From the NCBI GenBank assembly GCA_015222205.1, contig JADFUW010000002.1:1303-65302 (forward strand): a DNA stretch of 64,000 bases, in the 5' to 3' direction. This DNA comes from Chloroflexota bacterium (GTDB lineage Bacteria; Chloroflexota; Dehalococcoidia; Dehalococcoidales; UBA5760). A program made the translations under genes and the position numbers. The notes beneath the pieces are model-generated. The model did no database searches, was not told the DNA's origin, and was given only the letters and a program-made list of their open reading frames with translations. Below are positions 27,088 through 36,087 of the stretch, in pieces; the first letter of the stretch is position 1; each line of letters opens with the position of its first letter.

Positions 27088-28557
27088 CTAAATTTCCGGT
27101 CTCCTCTTGTGCCACTCGGTTGCTTGCTGGTAGGCGTAGGCAATTTTTAAGATAGTTTCCTCAGCAAAGGGCTTGCCGATAATCTGCATGCCTATGGGCA
27201 GCCCGTCGGCAAAGCCGGCCGGGATGGAGATAGCCGGCACTCCGGCGATATTTATCGGCAGGGTGCAGATATCGCTTAAATACATCTGAAGGGGGTCGTC
27301 TACCTTCTCCCCGATTTTGAAGGGGACGGTGGGGGAGGTGGGGGTTATCAGGGCATCAAATTTGCTAAAAGCCTGGTCAAACTCCTGCCGTATTAAGGTG
27401 CGCACCTTTTGGGCTTTTAGGTACCAGGCATCATAGTAGCCGGCGGACAGGGCATAGGTTCCCAGCATAATACGCCTTTTCACCTCAGGTCCAAAGCCAT
27501 ACTGGCGGGTCTTTTCCAGCGCCTCCCACATATTGTCGGTCTCCTGATAGGAGAAGCCATACTTTACCCCGTCGTAGCGAGCCAGGTTGGCTGAAGCCTC
27601 TGATGGGGCGATGATATAGTATGCCGCCAGGGCATAGGGGGTTGATGGTAGTGATACTCCCCACTCTATCTTGGCCCCCAGTTCTTTAAGTTTAGCGATA
27701 GCGGCTCGTATGGCTGTTTCTACTTCTGTCTGCATTCCCTCAACGAAATACTCCTTGGGGACACCGAGGCGAAGGCCATTAAGGTTGCCGGTTAGGCACT
27801 GAGTGTAATCGGGCGTAGGCTCGGGAACCGAGGTAGAATCTCTTGGGTCATAGCCAGCGATGGCGTTTAATACTAGGGCACAATCAGTAACATCCTGGGT
27901 TAGCGGTCCAATCTGGTCAAGGGAGCTGGCAAAGGCGACCAGACCGTATCGGCTCACCCTGCCGTAGGTAGGTTTGAGGCCGGTAACACTGCAGAAGCCA
28001 GCCGGCTGGCGAACACTGCCGCCGGTATCCGAGCCCAGGGCATAGATGGCTTCGCCAGAGGCTACCCCCACGGCTGAACCCCCACTACTTCCGCCAGGCA
28101 CGCGGCTCAAGTCCCAGGGGTTATGGGTGGGGAAGAAGGCGGAGTTCTCGGTAGACGAACCCATAGCAAATTCATCCATGTTTGCCTTACCTATAATTAC
28201 GGGGTGATGCCCGTTTAACCTTTCGACTACAGTGGCGTCATAGGGTGGCACAAAATTTTCCAGCATCTTTGATGAGCAGGTGGTTTTTATCCCTTTGGTG
28301 CACATGTTGTCCTTGATTAGCACCGGGATGCCGGTAAGTGGGTTAGTATTGCCAGTCGCAATAAGCTCGTCAGCCTCTTGAGCTTGCTTTAGTGCTAGCT
28401 CATCAGTAACAGTAACCAGGGCACTAATCTTTGGCTCGATTTCATGTATACGCGCTAGATGGGCTTTGGTTAGTTCAACTGAGGAAAGTTGCTTGGTTTT
28501 AAGTAGCTGATGTGCCTCATGGATTGTCAAATGGTTATGATTAGTTATATTACTCAC
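27088..28557 (-). CDS. gatA: Asp-tRNA(Asn)/Glu-tRNA(Gln) amidotransferase subunit A
   Basis: 489 aa. Amidase signature [20 protein letters not shown]. Located downstream of gatC. Confidence 0.97.
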   Translation of the reverse strand: MSNITNHNHLTIHEAHQLLKTKQLSSVELTKAHLARIHEIEPKISALVTVTDELALKQAQEADELIATGNTNPLTGIPVLIKDNMCTKGIKTTCSSKMLENFVPPYDATVVERLNGHHPVIIGKANMDEFAMGSSTENSAFFPTHNPWDLSRVPGGSSGGSAVGVASGEAIYALGSDTGGSVRQPAGFCSVTGLKPTYGRVSRYGLVAFASSLDQIGPLTQDVTDCALVLNAIAGYDPRDSTSVPEPTPDYTQCLTGNLNGLRLGVPKEYFVEGMQTEVETAIRAAIAKLKELGAKIEWGVSLPSTPYALAAYYIIAPSEASANLARYDGVKYGFSYQETDNMWEALEKTRQYGFGPEVKRRIMLGTYALSAGYYDAWYLKAQKVRTLIRQEFDQAFSKFDALITPTSPTVPFKIGEKVDDPLQMYLSDICTLPINIAGVPAISIPAGFADGLPIGMQIIGKPFAEETILKIAYAYQQATEWHKRRPEI

Positions 28558-28565
28558 CCCTTTGA

Positions 28566-28859
28566 TTATGTATTACCAAGTACAGCTCGCACTCTAAAGA
28601 AGTCTCCGTCCTTTCGGGGGGCATTGGCTAGAACCTGGTCTTGGGATAGGGAGGCTTGGGCTTCATCACTGCGGACTACATTCTGGAGGGCAATAGATTG
28701 GGCTGTAGGTGGGATACCAGTGGTATCTACCTGCTGTAGTATCTCAAAGCTCTCTAAGAGATTGGATAATTGCTTGCTAAACCTATTCACCTCAGCTTCG
28801 GTCAAACCAAGTCGAGCCAGGAGAGCAATATGTAATACCTCTTCGCGGCTAAGTTTCAT
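28566..28859 (-). CDS. gatC: Asp-tRNA(Asn)/Glu-tRNA(Gln) amidotransferase subunit C
   Basis: 97 aa. [14 protein letters not shown]...D is the GatC pattern. Immediately upstream of gatA. Confidence 0.93.
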   Translation of the reverse strand: MKLSREEVLHIALLARLGLTEAEVNRFSKQLSNLLESFEILQQVDTTGIPPTAQSIALQNVVRSDEAQASLSQDQVLANAPRKDGDFFRVRAVLGNT

Positions 28860-28932
28860 TCTTTACCTCTAATTATGACTACATCGGCTAATTATAGCAC
28901 CCATATTTAATTATCAGCAACAGGGGCATTCC

Positions 28933-28941
28933 TGCTATAAT
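28933..28941 (+). promoter_or_regulatory. extended -10 element TGCTATAAT upstream of the NfeD-like gene
   Basis: TGnTATAAT match 18 nt before ATG 28959. Confidence 0.3.
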
Positions 28942-28958
28942 AGATGTGGTGATAGGAT

Positions 28959-29369
28959 ATGAATATGAGGCTTAGATTTGTACTGGCTATTTTGTCTACT
29001 TTGATAGAGGAGATAGCTATAGTAGTTATTGTGCTTTGGGGTTTGCCCACTCTGGGGGTTCAGATACCTTTGGGTGGTGTTATTGGCATTGTGTCGGGAC
29101 TAGCTGTCTACGCCGTTTTCTCTTACCGTCTTGGTAGCCGAGCCCTGATGCAGAAACCGATAATTGGTTTGCCGGATATGGTTGGTAGTAGGGGTGAGGT
29201 AGTAAAACCTTTAGCCCCCCAGGGGGTTATCAGAATTAGTAGCGAACTCTGGGAGGCTAAATCAGCCAGCCGGAAGATAGACATGGGCAAGGAAGTCGTT
29301 GTCGTGGGGCAGGATGGCCTTAAGCTCACTGTGCGTAAGAGTGACCATGGTAGTGCGAGGGGGAATTAG
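28959..29369 (+). CDS. NfeD-family membrane protein
   Basis: 136 aa. Two TM helices followed by a C-terminal OB-like segment (GSRGEVVKPLAPQGVIRISSELWEAKS...G..V.V), typical of NfeD. No SPFH/stomatin partner lies adjacent. Confidence 0.7.
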   Translation: MNMRLRFVLAILSTLIEEIAIVVIVLWGLPTLGVQIPLGGVIGIVSGLAVYAVFSYRLGSRALMQKPIIGLPDMVGSRGEVVKPLAPQGVIRISSELWEAKSASRKIDMGKEVVVVGQDGLKLTVRKSDHGSARGN

Positions 29370-29537
29370 GTACATATTGACATCGTGAAGCTCTACTGCC
29401 GTTGGCTTTAGATCTCGTGGGAATAGATTAACCTTGCTTTAGTGATACGTGTAATAACCTCAATGGTCTGGCTTTAGAACCTTTCCTGAGGAACTCAACC
29501 TAGGCTGCCGGCTGGAATGTGCTTGCTGCCCACGAGA

Positions 29538-30308
29538 CTATATTATTACCGGTACCCCTTTTTCTTTTAGATATAGTTTGGCTTGTGGTATAGATATTTC
29601 CTTAAAGTGGAATATGGACGCAGCCAAAACCGCAGATGCTTTACCTACTACCACGGCTTCGTACAGGTGCTCTAGCTTCCCGGCACCCCCGGAGGCAGTA
29701 ACTGGAATGTGGACGGCTTCAGCAACGGCTTTTGTCATCTCTAAGTCATAGCCTGCCTTGGTTCCATCAGCATCCTTACTGGTGAGTAGAATCTCCCCGG
29801 CTCCTAGTCCCTCTACCCTCTTGGCCCAGTCAACAATCTCGATGCCGGTAGCCTCATTGCCACTTTTCACCACTACCTCTAGTCGAGGAAGATTGCTGTC
29901 TGGTGGGTTCTTCCGGCCGTCAATGGCGACCACGAGCCTTTCCTTACCAAATTCTCTGGCTGCTTTGGTTATAAGCTCAGGGTTCTGCACTGCGGCGGTA
30001 TTTATAGAGACCTTATCTACACCGAGGTCAATCAGTGCCTTCATATCTTCAATACTACCTATGCCACCACCGACGGCAAAGGGAACGGTCGTTACCTCTC
30101 GAACCTTCTTGACCCATTCCAACCTTGTTTTTCTGTTTTCAACAGTAGCGAAGATATCAAGGAATACAAGTTCGTCGGCTCCCTCTCGGCAGTAGGCTGC
30201 TGCTGCTTCTGCAGGGTCACGGGCGTCTTTCAGGTTGACAAATTTGACCCCTTTGACCACTCTGCCTTCTTTGATATCCAGGCAGGGTATGACTTTAACC
30301 TCTTTCAT
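29538..30308 (-). CDS. hisF: imidazole glycerol phosphate synthase, cyclase subunit HisF
   Basis: 256 aa. IPCLDIKEGRVVKGV..., VPFAVGGGI and ASGGAG are HisF motifs. Confidence 0.96.
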   Translation of the reverse strand: MKEVKVIPCLDIKEGRVVKGVKFVNLKDARDPAEAAAAYCREGADELVFLDIFATVENRKTRLEWVKKVREVTTVPFAVGGGIGSIEDMKALIDLGVDKVSINTAAVQNPELITKAAREFGKERLVVAIDGRKNPPDSNLPRLEVVVKSGNEATGIEIVDWAKRVEGLGAGEILLTSKDADGTKAGYDLEMTKAVAEAVHIPVTASGGAGKLEHLYEAVVVGKASAVLAASIFHFKEISIPQAKLYLKEKGVPVII

Positions 30309-30430
30309 CTCATGGCTCCTTAATTTTGATTAAATTTTGGTATTATAAGATTTTCGTCTCCGATACTAAGTCGGGTAAAACAAAAGTGCCTGGAATCCTG
30401 TATTATATCTCAGACACAGAGGTTTCGGGT

Positions 30431-30784
30431 TGGTGGAGACGGGGGAGAGTTGAACTCCCCGTCCAGAGGAAGCTACCCAAAATATCCTACAAGCTTAGTC
30501 AGCTCTTTTTCTTACTTAGCTAGCCTCTGCTAACCGAGTTTAGCCAAGCCAGCCAATAAATCTTTCGTCACTCTTTATTGGCATCAGAGCGGCGGCACCT
30601 CAACTTTTCGTCACCCAATCCTAACCCATTGAGGCGAGGTCAGGTTGGATGTGCAACCTATTTAATTAGGCTGCAAGAGCGAATTCAGGTTCGCCAGTTA
30701 TTTCTGCCACTTGTTTTATGAGGGTAGCGGCACCTCAGCTTGCAATTCTGCAGCATACCTCCCCTGTCGAACCCATGCGTCCCC
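30431..30784 (-). ncRNA. ssrA: tmRNA (SsrA)
   Basis: The minus strand reads 5' GGGGACGCATGGGTTCGACAGGGG ... GGACGGGGAGTTCAACTCTCCCCCGTCTCCACCA 3'. It has a tRNA-Ala-like acceptor stem with a G3:U pair, a T-arm and an encoded CCA. The internal tag ORF ends ...GGC GAA CCT GAA TTC GCT CTT GCA GCC TAA, giving (AEIT)GEPEFALAA*. The resume codon is not determined. smpB is adjacent. Confidence 0.95.
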
Positions 30785-30811
30785 ACTTATTAGGGAGGGT
30801 TTAGATGTGAA

Positions 30812-31276
30812 CTACCTCCTTTTGTATTTCTGTCTCTTTAAGGCTCGTCCTATTTCCCGCTCTGTCTCACGACGGGCTATTGACTCTCGCTTGTCGTATA
30901 ACTTCTTGCCCTTGGCTAGTGCAATCTCAACCTTGGCGATACCGTCTTTAGTATAGAGTTTTAGGGGAACCAAAGCAAAGCCCTTTTCCAGCACTTGACT
31001 GCTAAGATTATCTATCTCCTTGTGGTGCAAGAGAAGCTTCCGAGGTCGGGTTGGTGTGTGGCTCATATAGCTACCCGCTTCATAACGGGCAATGTGAGCG
31101 TTTAGTAACCATAGTTCCCCAGCCTCAGGCTTAACATAAGCATCCCCAAGACTTACTCTACCGGCTCGGATTGACTTTATTTCCGTACCGGTGAGCACCA
31201 TTCCAGCCTCTATACTCTCCTGTATATGATAATTATGATATGCTTTGCGGTTGGTAGCTACCGTCTTTATAACCAC
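30812..31276 (-). CDS. smpB: SsrA-binding protein SmpB
   Basis: 154 aa. NRKAYHNYHI..EAG..L.GTEIKSIR and a basic C-terminal tail fit the SmpB signature. Confidence 0.96.
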   Translation of the reverse strand: MVIKTVATNRKAYHNYHIQESIEAGMVLTGTEIKSIRAGRVSLGDAYVKPEAGELWLLNAHIARYEAGSYMSHTPTRPRKLLLHHKEIDNLSSQVLEKGFALVPLKLYTKDGIAKVEIALAKGKKLYDKRESIARRETEREIGRALKRQKYKRR

Positions 31277-31435
31277 GGTTTTTACCTTTAGATTATATCA
31301 TATAATTAAGGACTAGACCAAAAGTCAGGAGTAGTCAAGGAGCACTCAGTCTAGCCTAGTATCAAATCAGGGGCAGGAAATGAGGCAACTCCCTAAAGAC
31401 CAACGGCTTCAGGTAGGGTGGTTGACAGTATCATG

Positions 31436-32980
31436 CTATTGCTTTACCAGTATGATGTGGTGCTGCCACTCGGGTAGAGTCTGGGGAAAGTCAGAGCGAA
31501 AGTGGGCGCCTCGGCTCTCTTCTCTAAGAAGGGCAGCCTCAGTTACTAATCGTCCGGTTATCACCAGGTTATTTAGTTCATGTGAGGGGCGGTCTGTAGG
31601 CTGGGGCAAGCATTTTTGCCAGGTAGCCAGGACATCTGCCGCCTCAGTCAGGTTCTCTTTGTTTCGTATGATGCCAACTTTATCCCAGTGTAGCTGTTGT
31701 AGGGTGGAGAGGTTGGGTGGGGGTGCTGTTTCAAGAGGTTCCCTCTGACTCAGCGAGCAGCGAACTCCGGTGCCTTGGTCAGTGTCGGGTGTCTTGGGCG
31801 CAGTCTTCTTAATTGTTCTTTCCACGATTCTCTGGCTGAAGACAACTGCCTCAAGCAGTGAGTTTGATGCCAGGCGGTTGGCTCCGTGGACATCGGTGCA
31901 GGCGGTTTCACCGACAGCGAATAAGCTGGCGATATTGGTCTCCCCCCAGCTATTGGTTTTGATACCGCCCATTATGTAATGGGCTGCTGGAGACACTGGT
32001 ATCAGATCTTTGGTAATATCCAGACCATGGTCTCGGCAAAAGCGGTAGATCTGGGGGAACCTGGTGGTGGTAACATAGGGCGGGAGTTGGGTAATATCAA
32101 TGAATACCCTGTCTGAGCTCGTTTTTCTCATCTCGTAGAGTATGCTACGAGTGACCACATCTCGTGGTGCCAGGTCAGCCTCTGGCGTATAGTCGGGCAT
32201 GAAGCGATAGCCGTCTACATTACGCAGTACCCCGCCTTCACCCCTGACGGCTTCTGATATGAGGAACGGGGTCACTCCTGGCAGGTGGAGGGCGGTAGGG
32301 TGGAACTGGAGGAACTCCATGTCAATCATCTCAGCCCCGGCGTTATAGGCAAGAGCTATACCATCACCGGTAGCTACGTTAGAATTCGTAGTGAACTTAT
32401 ATAACTGCCCGGCACCACCGGTGGCCAGTACTAGAAAGTGACAATCAAACTTCTCCACCGAGCCGGTATGGCAATCAAGTGCTTTTACCTGCTTAACTGT
32501 CCCTCTATCTACCAAAATCTCGGTAACTAAGCAGTCTTCAAGTACCTGGATTTTTGATGAACGCACCCGGCTACTGAGAGTGACTTCAATGTGTTTGCCG
32601 GTGGCATCACCCCCGGCATGAAGGATACGGGGCACACTGTGAGCTGCTTCCTTAGTGAGGGCGACCTCTCCATTAAGGGTGTCGAAGGGTACCCCTAAAT
32701 TGACGAGGTCAGCGATACAAGCCGGGGCTTCGCTGGCTAGAATATGCACTGTCTCTATATTGCACAAGCCGTCTCCAGCGGCTATGGTGTCCTTAAAGTG
32801 ACTCTCCGGGGAATCATTTTTGCCTACAGCGGCGGCAATGCCTCCCTGGGCATGTTTGGTATTACAATCATCAATGCTGCCTTTGGTTATGATAAGCACA
32901 CTGCCGTGCTCCTTGGCCAGCAAGGCAGTATAGAGTCCAGCAATGCCGCTGCCAACTATGATATAGTCATACTTACCCAT
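31436..32980 (-). CDS. nadB: L-aspartate oxidase
   Basis: 514 aa. FAD motif YDYIIVGSGIAGL, QGGIAA, HPTAL and ESRGAHFR fit the succinate dehydrogenase/fumarate reductase flavoprotein family. The length and sequence pattern fit NadB. Confidence 0.9.
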   Translation of the reverse strand: MGKYDYIIVGSGIAGLYTALLAKEHGSVLIITKGSIDDCNTKHAQGGIAAAVGKNDSPESHFKDTIAAGDGLCNIETVHILASEAPACIADLVNLGVPFDTLNGEVALTKEAAHSVPRILHAGGDATGKHIEVTLSSRVRSSKIQVLEDCLVTEILVDRGTVKQVKALDCHTGSVEKFDCHFLVLATGGAGQLYKFTTNSNVATGDGIALAYNAGAEMIDMEFLQFHPTALHLPGVTPFLISEAVRGEGGVLRNVDGYRFMPDYTPEADLAPRDVVTRSILYEMRKTSSDRVFIDITQLPPYVTTTRFPQIYRFCRDHGLDITKDLIPVSPAAHYIMGGIKTNSWGETNIASLFAVGETACTDVHGANRLASNSLLEAVVFSQRIVERTIKKTAPKTPDTDQGTGVRCSLSQREPLETAPPPNLSTLQQLHWDKVGIIRNKENLTEAADVLATWQKCLPQPTDRPSHELNNLVITGRLVTEAALLREESRGAHFRSDFPQTLPEWQHHIILVKQ

Positions 32981-33070
32981 TAGACTATCTCTTGAGCTTT
33001 AATCTGAATTTTTGTGTTTTACAGGTTTCTTTATTCCTGGGTTTAATTGGCTTCTAGAGCTAATATACTT

Positions 33071-33622
33071 CTAGCCTATCCTGTATTTGGCTTTTCCCTC
33101 CTCGTAGAGGTCTCCGCCATAGATATCATTTATCACCGTGACTGGGAAATCTTCTACCTCCAGGCGGCGCACTGCCTCAGTGCCAAGCTCCTCATAGGCT
33201 ATCACCTCTGACTTTTTGATTCTCTTGGAGATGAGGGCACCGGTGCCGCCAATGGCTCCAAAGTACACTGCTTTATATTGCTTCATCGCTTCTTTAACTG
33301 CTACTGAGCGCATCCCCTTGCCAATCATACCTTTAAGTCCCTCAACTATCAAGCGGGGTGAGTAGCTATCCATACGGCCACTGGTGGTTGGGCCGGCTGA
33401 GCCAATTACCTGCCCTGGTCTAGCTGGGGAAGGCCCCATAAAGTATATTGTTTGCCCTTTAATATCAAAGGGCAGAGGTTTTCCCTGGTCTAGAGCCTCA
33501 ATCATTCTTTTATGGGCAGCATCTCGTGCCACATATATAATGCCAGTAAGCAAAACATCATCCCCGGCTTTAATGTCTTTTGAGGCCTCGTCAGTTAGAG
33601 GGAGTATAATCTTTTTAGCCAT
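33071..33622 (-). CDS. class I (Fe-S) fumarate hydratase / hydro-lyase, beta (C-terminal domain) subunit
   Basis: 183 aa. GIIYVARDAAHKR, GPTTSGRMD and AIGGTGAL match the FumA/TtdB C-terminal domain family. Confidence 0.88.
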   Translation of the reverse strand: MAKKIILPLTDEASKDIKAGDDVLLTGIIYVARDAAHKRMIEALDQGKPLPFDIKGQTIYFMGPSPARPGQVIGSAGPTTSGRMDSYSPRLIVEGLKGMIGKGMRSVAVKEAMKQYKAVYFGAIGGTGALISKRIKKSEVIAYEELGTEAVRRLEVEDFPVTVINDIYGGDLYEEGKAKYRIG

Positions 33623-33658
33623 TACTAGCCCCTTTTACTTAACTAATTGCTTAATAGT

Positions 33659-34504
33659 TTAGATAGTTGCTTCTTTATGTCGGGCACACCAGCACTGCAG
33701 GTTAACCGCTACTGGTAGGCTGGTGGTATGGGTGGGGAAAACCTCAATATGAACTGCCAGAGCCGTAGCTCGGCCACCGTATCCCATCGGGCCGATGCCC
33801 AGGTTATTGACTCGCTTGAGAATTTCTCTCTCCAGTTCAGCAACCTCAGCCTCCGGGTTGGGCTCACCTACCTTTCGTAATAACGCTCGTTTTGCCAGCA
33901 TAAAAGTCTTTTCTGCAGTGCCGCCAATGCCGACACCAACAATAACCGGGGGGCAGGGATTGCTGCCGGCTCTGTCCACAGTATTAACCACAAAGTCTGT
34001 GACCCCTTGACGGCCTTGCGCCGGGGATAGCATAGCCAGGCGAGCCATGTTCTCAGCGCCACCCCCCTTCGGCAGGGCAATAATTTTAAGCTTGTCGCCA
34101 GGGACAATATCGGTATATATAATAGCCGGTGTGTTGTCCTTGGTGTTAATTCTAGCAGTACAAGGCTGGCTCACCATAGACTTGCGTAGATAGCCCTCGG
34201 TATATCCCTGCCTCACTCCTTCATTTATTGCTGAGCCTAGGTCGCCGCCAACTATGCAGGCATCCTGCCCTAGCTCTAAAAAGACTACGGCGGTTCCTGT
34301 ATCCTGACACAGGGGGATTTTCTCTCTGGCTGAGATGTCGGCGTTCTCTAGTATTCTATCCAGCACCTCACGCCCTATGGACGATTCCTCTGTCTCTCGT
34401 GCCCGCTTGATAGCATTTAGCACATCCTCAGGGAGGTAATGGCAAGCCTCTTGGAAAAGCCGAGATACTGTCCTTGTTATTTCCTTTGCTTCAACCTCTC
34501 TTAT
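33659..34504 (-). CDS. class I (Fe-S) fumarate hydratase / hydro-lyase, alpha (N-terminal domain) subunit
   Basis: CQDTGTAVVF and GGGAENMA motifs are present. Homology-like sequence (IREVEAKEITRTVSRLFQEACHYLPED) continues 27 codons upstream of the track's GTG start (34423), up to an in-frame TAA at 34513-34511. The only start-like codon there is ATA (34504-34502), 9 nt after GGAG. The 5' end is therefore uncertain. Confidence 0.85.
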   Translation of the reverse strand: MREVEAKEITRTVSRLFQEACHYLPEDVLNAIKRARETEESSIGREVLDRILENADISAREKIPLCQDTGTAVVFLELGQDACIVGGDLGSAINEGVRQGYTEGYLRKSMVSQPCTARINTKDNTPAIIYTDIVPGDKLKIIALPKGGGAENMARLAMLSPAQGRQGVTDFVVNTVDRAGSNPCPPVIVGVGIGGTAEKTFMLAKRALLRKVGEPNPEAEVAELEREILKRVNNLGIGPMGYGGRATALAVHIEVFPTHTTSLPVAVNLQCWCARHKEATI

Positions 34505-34568
34505 AGTCGCTTACTCCTTTCCCTACCCGCCGGTAAGTCAACAACTCTAGGCATCAATCATAAGCCAG

Positions 34569-35924
34569 TTATTCTTCAGGCACAGGTGGTATCAGCCCTG
34601 ATTTCATGAGAAGAGCGGTAGTTTCCCTCGACTCCTTGATCATCTTTTCAGCTTGCTTGGTCAGCTCTTCGTGGTCGGCTGTTTTGCGGGCTACACCCTG
34701 CTCTATGGCCTTCATGCCTACGGCTACCGCCTCTTTGATAAAGACCTCCCATTCTCCCATAGTGGGGATAACATAATCATCGTGTATTCCCCGCTCCTCG
34801 GCACATTTAGCTAACTCGTAGGCGGCGGCAAGGCACATCTCGTCGGTGATGGTTCTAGCTTTGACATCCAGGGTGCCGCGGAAGATAGCGGGAAAACCGA
34901 TGGAGTTATTTACTTGATTGGGGAAGTCTGACCTGCCGGTAGCTACAATCCTGGCGCCGGCCTCTTTGGCTTCCCACGGCCAGATTTCAGGAATAGGGTT
35001 GGCACAAGCAAAGAGTATGGCATCCTTGGCCATAGATTTTATCCATTCCGGCTTGATAGTATCTGGTCCTGATTTAGACAGTGAGATACAGATATCAGCT
35101 CCCCTAAGAGCCTCGTAAGTTCTGCCAGTTCTCTTCTCGGGGTTAGTTCTCTGACACAGGTCCCACTTGTAGGGATTCTCGGCTTGCCTTGCCTCAAGGT
35201 CGGTTCTACCGGTATGCAGGGTACCCTTGCTATCGACAAAGATGGCATTCTGCGGCTTGAAGCCAGCGGTGAAGAGGAGCCTAGCGATGGCTATGTTGGC
35301 CGCCCCGACCCCATTTAAGGTGACGCTTACCTCATCCTTCTTCTTGCCCACTATCTTGAGGGCATTGACCAGTCCAGCCAGGGTAACTGCGGCTGTCCCC
35401 TGCTGGTCATCATGCCATACCGGGATAGCCATTTCTTGGCGCAGGGTGTCCAGAATATAAAAGCATTTGGGGTTAGCAATATCCTCCAGATTAATGCCAC
35501 CAAAGGAGGGTTGAAGCCACTTTACTGCCTGAATTATCTCATCGGGGTCTTTGGTGTCAAGACAGATAGCGACGGCATCAACGCCACCCAGGTATTTAAA
35601 TAGTAGGGCTTTACCCTCCATTACTGGTAGGCCTGCCTCGGGGCCAATGTCACCTAGTCCCAGGACCCTGGTACCGTCGGATACTATGGCTACGGTATTC
35701 CACTTATTGGTATATTCATAGACCTTTTCTTTATCTATCTTTATTGCCTTGCAGACCTCGGCAACACCGGGGGTATACCAGATAGCAAAATCATTAACAT
35801 CACGAACGGCACATTTAGCCGTAGTCTGCATCTTACCCCGGTAAAATGGGTGCAATCTCATAGCGTCTTCTGCCGGTTGGCGTGCTTTAGCCAGGAGCTC
35901 TTCTTTGGTTACTTTTGGCGACAT
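34569..35924 (-). CDS. NAD(P)-dependent malic enzyme
   Basis: 451 aa. [12 protein letters not shown], the [19 protein letters not shown] pattern and the Rossmann motif [10 protein letters not shown] fit the prokaryotic short malic enzyme family. Confidence 0.92.
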   Translation of the reverse strand: MSPKVTKEELLAKARQPAEDAMRLHPFYRGKMQTTAKCAVRDVNDFAIWYTPGVAEVCKAIKIDKEKVYEYTNKWNTVAIVSDGTRVLGLGDIGPEAGLPVMEGKALLFKYLGGVDAVAICLDTKDPDEIIQAVKWLQPSFGGINLEDIANPKCFYILDTLRQEMAIPVWHDDQQGTAAVTLAGLVNALKIVGKKKDEVSVTLNGVGAANIAIARLLFTAGFKPQNAIFVDSKGTLHTGRTDLEARQAENPYKWDLCQRTNPEKRTGRTYEALRGADICISLSKSGPDTIKPEWIKSMAKDAILFACANPIPEIWPWEAKEAGARIVATGRSDFPNQVNNSIGFPAIFRGTLDVKARTITDEMCLAAAYELAKCAEERGIHDDYVIPTMGEWEVFIKEAVAVGMKAIEQGVARKTADHEELTKQAEKMIKESRETTALLMKSGLIPPVPEE

Positions 35925-36087
35925 TGCTTACCTCTTTTAATCAGTGGTCATTCATACTTTCAACGAATATAGGCGTTATAGCTCTTATTAATCTATTAAG
36001 GCATTATTAGTTTAAGGGGTGTAAATTAAGTGAAATGCTTCCCGAAGGTTAAGGCCAGAATTTGAGACGAATATTAAAACCCCTTAA

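Noticed and set aside
30309-30784. tmRNA-targeted genomic island (as described for ssrA in Dehalococcoides)
   Set aside because: I looked for a direct repeat of the ssrA 3' end (…GGAGTTCAACTCTCCCCCGTCTCCACCA) downstream of 30431 and elsewhere in the window and saw none. hisF follows directly.
30326-30956. Track ORFs 30326-30523 and 30711-30956
   Set aside because: They overlap the tmRNA gene on the opposite strand or overlap smpB antisense. They are not protein-coding.
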